DNA of 36,309 bases from IMG/VR virus record IMGVR_UViG_3300017780_002487, positions 1-36,309 of that record. One strand, 5' to 3'. The position numbers and the translations under genes were made by a program. The DNA is from a virus (Duplodnaviria; Caudoviricetes). Shown here in pieces: positions 17,573 through 25,487 of this stretch. Positions within the stretch are counted from its first letter, which is position 1; every line of letters starts with the position of its first letter. The notes beneath the pieces are model-generated. The model had not been told where the DNA came from, did not search any database, and was given only the letters and a program-made list of their open reading frames with translations.

Positions 17573-17875
17573 TTAATTGTGACTCCAGCCCAGACAATGC
17601 TTTTCTTCGTGAGCTTTTATGTAAATCGGTATTTCTTTTTCTTCAAAATTTGAAACGATAAAGCAAACATCTTTTGTGCTTAAAGCACATGCAATGATTT
17701 TTTGCATGAAGCCAACCTTAACGCCAAGTTCTCTACAAAACTTGTTGGGGTCATCATGCTTTACAAAAACTATTTTTTCGGATGGCTCTTGCGTTTTTTC
17801 CCATTGGAAATTTTCTAATGGCTTATATGCGCATGAGGATAGAAAAAAACACAATAAAAATAAAATTCTCACCAC
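17573..17875 (-). CDS. Lipoprotein with HExxHxxGxxH zinc-metalloprotease motif
   Basis: Lipobox-like LSSC at residues 12-15; C-terminal HEEKHCLGWSH. Confidence 0.65.
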   Translation of the reverse strand: MVRILFLLCFFLSSCAYKPLENFQWEKTQEPSEKIVFVKHDDPNKFCRELGVKVGFMQKIIACALSTKDVCFIVSNFEEKEIPIYIKAHEEKHCLGWSHN

Positions 17876-18150
17876 TTTTCTTTATTGCTCCAGTATGCAG
17901 CACTCATTTTGCCTTTTGCTATATTTTCAGCGTGTCTGGCCTTAAATGATTCACGCCTTGTCTTGCTCGCTTTTGATTCGCCTTCTTTTTTTGGAGAACC
18001 GGAAACGCCTTGCTGGCCGAATCTGATTGTCTTTATTTTATCGCCTTCTTTTGCGACTACAACGTGTGATTTTGTTGGGTGGGACGGGGTGCGCTTTGGT
18101 TTATTAAAACCAGACACCCCGACCTTTTCAAGTCTGGAGTCTTTCTTCAT
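17869..18150 (-). CDS. Small basic phage protein (DUF6321-like)
   Basis: KSHVVVAK.G...KTIRFGQQG...RRESFKARH...SAAYWS...KW. Confidence 0.7.
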   Translation of the reverse strand: MKKDSRLEKVGVSGFNKPKRTPSHPTKSHVVVAKEGDKIKTIRFGQQGVSGSPKKEGESKASKTRRESFKARHAENIAKGKMSAAYWSNKEKW

Positions 18151-18156
18151 TTTTAA

Positions 18157-18441
18157 TTATCCGAATATTCTAACTGGATTTTTCACATCAACTCTATATT
18201 TATCAAACATTTTGAATTCCGATGTTAAAATCATATTTACATGCCAACCATCTAAATAAGTTGGCTGCTTTATTTCTTTACCATCATCATCAATAATAAT
18301 TTCTTCTTTACCGTCAGTAATTTTTCCTATAACTGAAAGAAAAAACCCATCCCCTTTTATTTCACTTGCCGGTGAAATGTTTAATTTGTTCAATTCACAT
18401 AGAAATTGATCTTCAGATTCAAATTTCAAAAAAATTGTCAT
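18157..18441 (-). CDS. Small partner/chaperone-like protein of the upstream fibre
   Basis: LKFESE...IG.I...GWHVN...P.RIF; ATGA-coupled to the large gene. Confidence 0.6.
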   Translation of the reverse strand: MTIFLKFESEDQFLCELNKLNISPASEIKGDGFFLSVIGKITDGKEEIIIDDDGKEIKQPTYLDGWHVNMILTSEFKMFDKYRVDVKNPVRIFG

Positions 18442-21400
18442 AGCGTTTTCTCAATTATTTCACTGGTTGTTAAAGCTGAATCAAGAACTTCAATTTTTTG
18501 AATTGTTCCATTAAAGTTTTCTCCAATCGTTCCAGCCGTAATCGAAGGAATCGTTGCTGTGGTGTCTGTCGTGGATGCAACACCATTCAATGCAGAAATT
18601 ACTTGATTAGCTTTGTAACTTAATGCGATTTTGTTCACGCCGTTTTTAAACTGCGGCAAAGGTTGGTTGCTTTGCAGCGTTGTACCAAGGATAGAAGCCG
18701 TTCCTGAGTTTTGAACGGCTGTCCATGTGATTGCGTCAGGTGAGTAAAGGAGAACGCCGCCGTTACCTGCTGCGTACCAGAGTTGATCGCGTTGGGAGAA
18801 CATTACGGAGTTGAGGTTGGCGGTTGTGTTGGAGGTGCGGAGAGTCCAAGTTGTGCCGTTGGTTGATGTAGAAATGTTCCCACCGCTACCAACAATAACA
18901 ATAACCCCGTTCGCTATCTCAATATCCCCAAAGGTGGGAGCAAATCCGATATTTGGGCCTGAAACAAATACGTTATTTAAGTCCGTTACATTTAGAGCCG
19001 TGTTTTGCCTGAGATAATAGACCCTGTTATTTGCTTGGTCTATCGCCATTGAATAGTGAGCGTTGGCACCGAGGGTTTGGAATACCCACGAAACGCCGTC
19101 AGTGCTTCTACCAACTTGAGCGCCAGAAACAGCGTAATAAGCCCCAGCGCCGAACTTCACATTACTAATACCCGCCGTCGTCCCACTCACCCGCCTCGTA
19201 ACCGTCCCATCAGCCGCAATCGTGGCGATGTAGCCTGAACCGTTGACTTCGTTGCCGACACTGACGAACGTGTTATTGCCGAACGCGATGCCGTTCAGTG
19301 TTGCGTTGTTGTTCGTGCGTGATGTGAAGGTTGTGCCGTCTGTTGAGGAAACCATTGCGCCAGACGAGCCTGTTATCAGCAGGGTTGTGGGGGAGGCGGC
19401 GATGCCGAAGAGGTTGGCTGTTACACCAGCGTTCAAAGATGTGTAACTTGTGCCGTTGGTCGAGGTCAGCAGGGTTTGAGTATTGCCAACAACATAGATG
19501 GCGTTATTGAAAATGCCGACCTTGTTTAGACCTTGAGTAGTTCCACTAGTTTGAACAGTCCAAGTGCCCGCTGGGTCGGTTGCAGTTATTATGGTTCCAG
19601 CGTTACCCACTGCAATCCATAGGTTTAAGGTCGGAGAGTAACTAACGCCGTTAAGCAGTTGCGTGGTGTTTGTGTTCGTTGCTGCAACAAAAGTTACCCC
19701 ATTATCTGAAGATACAAAAATATTCCCATTAATCCCGGCGCTGACCACAACCCCCGCAGCGAAGTGGATGTCACCAGACCCAAGATTTGACTGACCAGTT
19801 GTCCAATTTATACCATTGTCTGAGTAAATTACCGGTCTTACTCCGCCTGTTGTCTGCGCAACAAATCTGGTTCCTGTGTGGGTAATGGCATTTATGGATA
19901 ATGTAGTCCCACTCGTCCTACTCGTCCAAGTCTCGCCGTTGTCATCAGAGGTCGCAATGAAACCTCCATTACCAACGATCACATTACGCAATGTTGCGCC
20001 AACCAGACCGGATGTGACTTCGTTTGTGGGTTGGGTGATGACTTCAGATGTGTTTCTAACAACCCTCCAAGAATTACCGTCGGACAAAGTTACAACGTTT
20101 GCAGAGCTTGATGCAATTATAAATCTACTACCATTCCAATGCACCCCGTTAAAGCCACGTCCCCCCTGTGCCGCAACAATGCTTCTTTCCTGAAGGGTTA
20201 CATCGTTTATGGCCGCCGATTGACCAATAGAAAGCCCATAAATATTCCCACCATTAAAGGCAACGGAACTAAAATCGTTTATGTTTAGAATCGCTCCTGT
20301 AATTTCTTTGTAAGTAAACGGGGCACTTTCAAGCCCGTCATTTAATAGGCCACGACCAGCAGAAGTCCCCATCAAGCGCAGACCAGCGCCTTCAGACATC
20401 TTCGTAAAGTTCGACAGCGTCCCTGTGCCTTGCTTGCCAATGCGAATATCCGCATTGACACCAGACAGCCGTAAAGCACGTTTCTGCGCCACGCCTGTAT
20501 CGGGGCAGTCAATCTCAGCGTACAGAGTGGACTCGCCTTGACGAATTGATGTCAGTGCTGCGGAGGTCAGCGGGAATGAGTCGGCGTTGCGGGTGACTTG
20601 GGCGGTTGTGGTTGGGATGTAGGATGTTGCATCCGTTGCTTCCTCAACACAAAAACCAAAGACAACAATGTCCCAGTCTGCGTTATTTGTAGGCCGAACT
20701 AAACCATGCTGACGAGAGCCACCCGTAACCGCAGTGAATGTGTATTTATATCTAACAAAAGTTGCGGTTGCCGTCATATCCGCTGAACTCATATTTCCGT
20801 CACCGAGCAGTCGAAATGTTGCGTTTACGCCAGCGTTTGCAGCTTTTGCATAGACCGATATTGTGTACACCCTGCCCGAAACAATGGACGCCGCCCGCTG
20901 ATAGACGGATGTAGCTCCGGTACCTTGCAGCCTCCTTGCATTATTAGAGCCGCTTGGAGACAAAGAAAAGTTTGGTGTTTCCGTAACCGCTGTTCCGGTG
21001 TACCCGCTCAGATCATCCGACCCTAAAGATGTGTTCGTCGCCGCAACCTCACTCAACACCCCACGCCGCACAAGAGTCACAGGGTCGTAATCTTCCCGCA
21101 TCTCCAGTGACCCAATGCGCCAATCCGTGCTTGTGCCGCTGCCTGTCACGCTCACCACGTTAATCACAAGAGACTGTGTGGACGGCGTGTAGCTCGTCAC
21201 AGTGCCTGTCATGCTGCCTGTCGCACCTGCTTGAGCAACGGCAATGACGTTTGAGCCAACGGGCCAGTCACGGTTCACGTTTGCGTCTGCTGCAAGTGTG
21301 AAGGTTTTGGAGCCAGTTGCGATTGTGTTGGAAGTAACTGAGAAATCCACGCCGACGATAAGCCCTGCGGAATTGACGCGGGTTGCGCCTGTGCCACGAG

Positions 21401-21443
21401 AAAATGTTATAACTTCACTAAAATTTTTTGAGATCAACGTCAT
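18438..21443 (-). CDS. About 1000-aa putative fibre/spike: lectin-like frame with inserted BNR-like beta-propeller repeats
   Basis: ITFSRGTGATRVNSAG, ATSYIPTTTAQVTRNAD and NGTIQKI...ALT motifs; many VG..G.I.TS.DG.TWT repeats; likely start 21443. Confidence 0.7.
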   Translation of the reverse strand: MTLISKNFSEVITFSRGTGATRVNSAGLIVGVDFSVTSNTIATGSKTFTLAADANVNRDWPVGSNVIAVAQAGATGSMTGTVTSYTPSTQSLVINVVSVTGSGTSTDWRIGSLEMREDYDPVTLVRRGVLSEVAATNTSLGSDDLSGYTGTAVTETPNFSLSPSGSNNARRLQGTGATSVYQRAASIVSGRVYTISVYAKAANAGVNATFRLLGDGNMSSADMTATATFVRYKYTFTAVTGGSRQHGLVRPTNNADWDIVVFGFCVEEATDATSYIPTTTAQVTRNADSFPLTSAALTSIRQGESTLYAEIDCPDTGVAQKRALRLSGVNADIRIGKQGTGTLSNFTKMSEGAGLRLMGTSAGRGLLNDGLESAPFTYKEITGAILNINDFSSVAFNGGNIYGLSIGQSAAINDVTLQERSIVAAQGGRGFNGVHWNGSRFIIASSSANVVTLSDGNSWRVVRNTSEVITQPTNEVTSGLVGATLRNVIVGNGGFIATSDDNGETWTSRTSGTTLSINAITHTGTRFVAQTTGGVRPVIYSDNGINWTTGQSNLGSGDIHFAAGVVVSAGINGNIFVSSDNGVTFVAATNTNTTQLLNGVSYSPTLNLWIAVGNAGTIITATDPAGTWTVQTSGTTQGLNKVGIFNNAIYVVGNTQTLLTSTNGTSYTSLNAGVTANLFGIAASPTTLLITGSSGAMVSSTDGTTFTSRTNNNATLNGIAFGNNTFVSVGNEVNGSGYIATIAADGTVTRRVSGTTAGISNVKFGAGAYYAVSGAQVGRSTDGVSWVFQTLGANAHYSMAIDQANNRVYYLRQNTALNVTDLNNVFVSGPNIGFAPTFGDIEIANGVIVIVGSGGNISTSTNGTTWTLRTSNTTANLNSVMFSQRDQLWYAAGNGGVLLYSPDAITWTAVQNSGTASILGTTLQSNQPLPQFKNGVNKIALSYKANQVISALNGVASTTDTTATIPSITAGTIGENFNGTIQKIEVLDSALTTSEIIEKTL

Positions 21444-21453
21444 TTTATTCTCT

Positions 21454-21912
21454 TTATTGATTAATTTGATATTGTTGATTAATGAAATCAAATTTCAAAC
21501 CGTATTCAAATAAATCAAACGTCTCGCAATTCACCGCTTGGATATTTGCTATTGCCGTTCCAGACACTGAAATAAAAGAAATAAATCTTTTATTTTTTGT
21601 ATTAATTACAATTGAATCCTCTGGCATTACTAAAACATCAATTGATGTCGCTGCTGCTTCAGTGTCTTTAATGCGAATATAACCTGGAGCTGTCACCGCA
21701 ACTCGCACACATGAGGCTGCTTTAAATGTGAGTGGGTCATTTGGTACTATGGTCGCTACACTTGTTCCAGTAGAAGTTAAACTTTTACCAGTTAGTAAGA
21801 TATTTGCACCGCTTGAAAATTGATTTTGCGAAACCACTTCCGCATATGTTCCGTCACCCATTTCTGAGAATCTAACCGGAATATTGTCTTTACTTTTAAT
21901 AATATCGCTCAT
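21454..21912 (-). CDS. Hypothetical putative virion protein
   Basis: Beta-rich ORF in the structural operon. Confidence 0.6.
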   Translation of the reverse strand: MSDIIKSKDNIPVRFSEMGDGTYAEVVSQNQFSSGANILLTGKSLTSTGTSVATIVPNDPLTFKAASCVRVAVTAPGYIRIKDTEAAATSIDVLVMPEDSIVINTKNKRFISFISVSGTAIANIQAVNCETFDLFEYGLKFDFINQQYQINQ

Positions 21913-21922
21913 TTATTTACCC

Positions 21923-22378
21923 TTAACCCACTCTATACCAAACTTTGGCGACGTTATCGAATCGCAATCTGAAAAATGAATTTGCTGTTAATGATGTTGG
22001 AGCGCCCGTTACAGTTGCGCCATTGCCATTAATTGCAAGCGTTGTTACTGCCTGAGTGCTATTAACTAAAATTTCCTGACGGTCTACACAGTTTGCAAGC
22101 AATGGCAAAATCAAAGTGCCTGCTGCAAATGCCCCGGTTGGTGTCAATACAAGCCAAACGCTATTACTAGCATTGTTCACCTGTACGCTGAAACCTGTCG
22201 CGGATGGTGACGAGTATTGCGTTAGTTTATCGTCATTGGCTGTAATGCCGGTTTGAAAATAAGTTTTTAAAGTTGAGAATGACGACTTTCTAGTGTCGCC
22301 ATTATTTGTACTGAAAAATGGAACCTGATCTCCATCAGAAACCGAGTCCATTGTCGTTAATTGGTTAATAGTTGTCAT
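21923..22378 (-). CDS. Putative virion adaptor protein
   Basis: MTTINQL...NGDTRK...FRLRFD...WYRVG; follows gp4. Confidence 0.65.
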   Translation of the reverse strand: MTTINQLTTMDSVSDGDQVPFFSTNNGDTRKSSFSTLKTYFQTGITANDDKLTQYSSPSATGFSVQVNNASNSVWLVLTPTGAFAAGTLILPLLANCVDRQEILVNSTQAVTTLAINGNGATVTGAPTSLTANSFFRLRFDNVAKVWYRVG

Positions 22379-22385
22379 TTAATCC

Positions 22386-22865
22386 TCAGAGAAATTCTAA
22401 AGCGCCATCGTCACCAACCAACAACCGATCAACTGGCGGGCCAAAGAATGGAGCGTCAGAAGCAGAGTTTTTATTTCCAGCACCAGTCGGCAATGTAGAT
22501 GTGTATTGCATTTCCATTGGCATAGAAAACCTTAAAAGCATGGCATCGTATGCGGCCTTGGCGCCGGATCTGGTTTCTAAAGAAATCCCTTTGCCAAATG
22601 ATGGGGCAATCTTCATGGCCAAATTTAAGCAAATCGCGTCAATGGCTGAATCTGGCACCAGTGTGTCGGTATCTAAATCACTGTTGTTTGGGCTTGCTGG
22701 CAACGGAAAGCCAAGACGAATGCCTTTGGCGTTCCACATCGCAATCATTGAATCTAGTTTTCTGAGCGCACTTTGCAGTTGGTCTGCTGTTAAATCAAAT
22801 GTATAAGGCGCCAGTCCAATTTCATCAAACGCTTGCTCAATAAACTGTCTTTTAGTCCAGCCCAT
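22386..22865 (-). CDS. Head-tail adaptor (P22 gp4-like)
   Basis: TKRQFIEQAFDEIGLA...ALRKLDSM.A.W...GIRLG...NLA.KIAPSFGK...P.GAGNK. Confidence 0.88.
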   Translation of the reverse strand: MGWTKRQFIEQAFDEIGLAPYTFDLTADQLQSALRKLDSMIAMWNAKGIRLGFPLPASPNNSDLDTDTLVPDSAIDAICLNLAMKIAPSFGKGISLETRSGAKAAYDAMLLRFSMPMEMQYTSTLPTGAGNKNSASDAPFFGPPVDRLLVGDDGALEFL

Positions 22866-22867
22866 GC

Positions 22868-23065
22868 TTATTCTGCTTTTGCCGGTCTGCCGCGCTTTTT
22901 AGGGGCGTCTTCTTGTGGTATTGAATTGATAGCCTCTGGTGGCGTTTTAAACCATCCCTCAGCGATTTTTGAATCTATATCTTCATCGCATACGATGATG
23001 TAATCAATAAAGCCATCATCTACTTGAAATTCACCGTCTGGTTTGTAAAGCATGGTCTTATTCAT
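22868..23065 (-). CDS. Small protein with C-terminal KKRGRP motif
   Basis: TMLYKP...DYIIV...GWFKTP...KKRGRPAK. Confidence 0.7.
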   Translation of the reverse strand: MNKTMLYKPDGEFQVDDGFIDYIIVCDEDIDSKIAEGWFKTPPEAINSIPQEDAPKKRGRPAKAE

Positions 23066-23226
23066 TTTTTACCCTTTTGGTACATTTTTTTCCCTGCCTT
23101 GGCTGCTGCTTCTTTTGCTGATGAAAGAGCAATGGCCACGGCTTGCTTTTGTGGCTTGCCTGATTTCATTTCTTTTTTGATGTTACTTGATACGGTTTTG
23201 GCTGAATAGCCTTTTTTGAGCGGCAT
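23062..23226 (-). CDS. 54-aa basic protein (not in ORF track)
   Basis: MPLKKGYSAKTVSSNIKKEMKSGKPQKQAVAIALSSAKEAAAKAGKKMYQKGKK; GGAG RBS; ATGA overlap with the next gene. Confidence 0.8.
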   Translation of the reverse strand: MPLKKGYSAKTVSSNIKKEMKSGKPQKQAVAIALSSAKEAAAKAGKKMYQKGKK

Positions 23227-23240
23227 GAATACTCCATACG

Positions 23241-23267
23241 AAAAGAGGTGGATTTCTCCACCCCTTT
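23241..23267 (-). terminator. Rho-independent terminator after the coat gene
   Basis: GGGGTGGA-GAAA-TCCACCTC-TTTT on the minus strand. Confidence 0.75.
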
Positions 23268-23282
23268 ATTAGACTAAATCAA

Positions 23283-24551
23283 TCAGGTCTGAGAGAACAG
23301 CATAATGCCGGACATTTCAGGCTGCTTGTTTACCACACCGTAGAGCACATCCATACGGAACTTGGTGCGCATGGTGTTGATATCGTACTGCTTCTGCATC
23401 ACCACCTCGATGCCTTGGTCAGTGCTGGCTCGCATTACTGCTGCACCCGCGTCGCTTGGCACGGCATAAGAAGCTGGCAGAATCTCAAGCGCGTCTTTTT
23501 GCCAGAAAGGATTAACGTTTGCATCCACGGTGTTCAGGAACGTAATGGCTGCGCCGCTGGCCGGTGTTGCAGTACAGTTTTTGTATTGCGCTTCGGCATC
23601 GGTTGAGCCACCGCCAGAAATAATAGGCGGGGAAATCTGAACGGTACCAGTACCACCAGCACCGGTAACAATGGCGGTCACTCGGAAGGTTTTGAGCAGG
23701 CCTGTGTCAGCTTTGGTGATTGCGTGAACGTTATTCACACCCAAGATTGTGAAGGCATCGCCAACACGAACGGTGCCGGAAGTCACGGTAATTGCAATGG
23801 TCTGGTAACGGTTATCAACGTTAGCGGTTTCACCAGTTGTGGCCGTGCTTGTTGCTTTTGGCGTGTAGTATTGGTTAGCGCCGTTAATAGAAACGGTCAC
23901 ACCTGCGCGAGCCAGCAAACGGTTTGCATAATCCAATTTGAAAGTTTCAAAACCGGCGATGTTACCAACGTATGCTTTTTCGTATGCAGTTGTTGGCTTG
24001 CCTACCATGTTTGCACGGTTGGCCAAGTTGCTTGCCATGTTGTTGTAATCACGGGTAGACAAGGCCATGTAACGATCAAATGACTGAACGCCGGTTTCAT
24101 TCATAATGGCATCAGCAGCGGCGATATCATCAAAGCCAGATGCAGCGGCGGTACGCTTAACAACCAATGTGCCCTGAGTTGCTGCAACGTTCATAATGGC
24201 CAAGTTAATATCGGCGGCCAACTTTTGTTTTGCCGCATCACCCAAACGACCTTCTTGCAAGGTATCGCGCAATTCGGTTGCGGTCATTGCCCAAGGCGCT
24301 GAACGGCTAAAGCCGATTGTCGCAGGAACGGCCAATTGTGTGGAATCCTTAAAGTTGGATGTCATGTCCGTGCCGGAGAATGACTGAGCAACGTAAGGCA
24401 TTGGGCGCCAAATGATGTTGTTTGAACGCTCCATTGAGGATGAGTCTGTGTTGTATACGGACACGTTACGTGACAGCACCAAAGCGTCGTTAAAACCTTC
24501 AAGGACGTTTTCAAACGCGACGCGTTCTTCTTTGCTAAATGCGTTAGGCAT
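23283..24551 (-). CDS. Major capsid protein (P22 coat family)
   Basis: MPNAFSKEERVAFE..LEGF.D.LVLS...IWRPMPY...DVLYGV...PEMSG. Confidence 0.93.
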   Translation of the reverse strand: MPNAFSKEERVAFENVLEGFNDALVLSRNVSVYNTDSSSMERSNNIIWRPMPYVAQSFSGTDMTSNFKDSTQLAVPATIGFSRSAPWAMTATELRDTLQEGRLGDAAKQKLAADINLAIMNVAATQGTLVVKRTAAASGFDDIAAADAIMNETGVQSFDRYMALSTRDYNNMASNLANRANMVGKPTTAYEKAYVGNIAGFETFKLDYANRLLARAGVTVSINGANQYYTPKATSTATTGETANVDNRYQTIAITVTSGTVRVGDAFTILGVNNVHAITKADTGLLKTFRVTAIVTGAGGTGTVQISPPIISGGGSTDAEAQYKNCTATPASGAAITFLNTVDANVNPFWQKDALEILPASYAVPSDAGAAVMRASTDQGIEVVMQKQYDINTMRTKFRMDVLYGVVNKQPEMSGIMLFSQT

Positions 24552-24571
24552 GTTTAATACTCCAAATTAAA

Positions 24572-25429
24572 TTAAGTTGATTTCTTGCGAAGTTGTTGTT
24601 TATAAGCAATTACCTTGCTCATGTTACCTGTTTTTTCTGCTTCTGCCCTCAGGCGCTCTAATGTCGAGTCTACCGAACCTGAGCCGGAGCCACTCCCACG
24701 GATTGCCTTTTCTGGCGGTGGTGGTGATTTCTTGCTGCTTACTTTCAATTGCGTCTCCAGTTTTCCGATTGCGATAGCAAATTTCACGGGGTCATTAATT
24801 GCTGCTAGTTCTTTTGCCTTCTTGGGGTTCTTTCCAAGCGCGTAAACGATCAATGCGGGGTCATCAGCGCCGTGCAAGATAATCCCTTGCATTGTCTGGC
24901 TGAACGTCTCCTGAACGGCATACTCGGCTTCGTCATAGTCTTTAACTTTTAACTTCTGCTTTGCTTCGCCATACGCACTTAAACGGTTTTGCCATTCGCG
25001 CTGTTGCGCTTGCTGCTCTAGCTCTACTTTATGCTGTTGCTCGCTGACTAATCGCTTTTGTTCGTACCATTCTTCAAGTGACTCCTCAAACATTTCAGCG
25101 TCATAATCAAACTGTTCTAAGGTTGGTTTTTTACCAAGTGTAATAGGCTTTTCTGCCTCTGTTGTGCGTTGGTTTAACCTTGCTTCCAGTTCTCTTTTTT
25201 CGCGTTGAAGTTCTCGGTAGTTTTTCCGCAAATCTCTAACCCACTCGGGAGCGGGTTTTTCTTCCTCTTGAGGTGGCGACTCCTCACCAATGCTAACCGT
25301 AATTTCTTCTTCCGCTTCTTGCTCGTCTTGGCTGTCGTCGGCCTCAATATCGACATTTTCGACTTGCTCGATTTCTTGTGCTTCAGAATCGATTACTTCT
25401 TCATCAAACTGCTCTGCCTTTTCTAGCAT
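24572..25429 (-). CDS. Scaffolding protein
   Basis: Acidic N-terminus, coiled coil, KPTLE..DYD, basic C-terminal helix; between portal and coat. Confidence 0.88.
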   Translation of the reverse strand: MLEKAEQFDEEVIDSEAQEIEQVENVDIEADDSQDEQEAEEEITVSIGEESPPQEEEKPAPEWVRDLRKNYRELQREKRELEARLNQRTTEAEKPITLGKKPTLEQFDYDAEMFEESLEEWYEQKRLVSEQQHKVELEQQAQQREWQNRLSAYGEAKQKLKVKDYDEAEYAVQETFSQTMQGIILHGADDPALIVYALGKNPKKAKELAAINDPVKFAIAIGKLETQLKVSSKKSPPPPEKAIRGSGSGSGSVDSTLERLRAEAEKTGNMSKVIAYKQQLRKKST

Positions 25430-25440
25430 TTAATTACCCG

Positions 25441-25475
25441 TAAAAAAACTCGCTAATTCAAAATGGTTTAGCGGA
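25441..25475 (-). promoter_or_regulatory. Hairpin and U tract between portal and scaffold genes
   Basis: CGCTAA...TTAGCG then AGTTTTTTT on the minus strand, just upstream of the scaffold start. Confidence 0.4.
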
Positions 25476-25487
25476 ATACCATATTTT

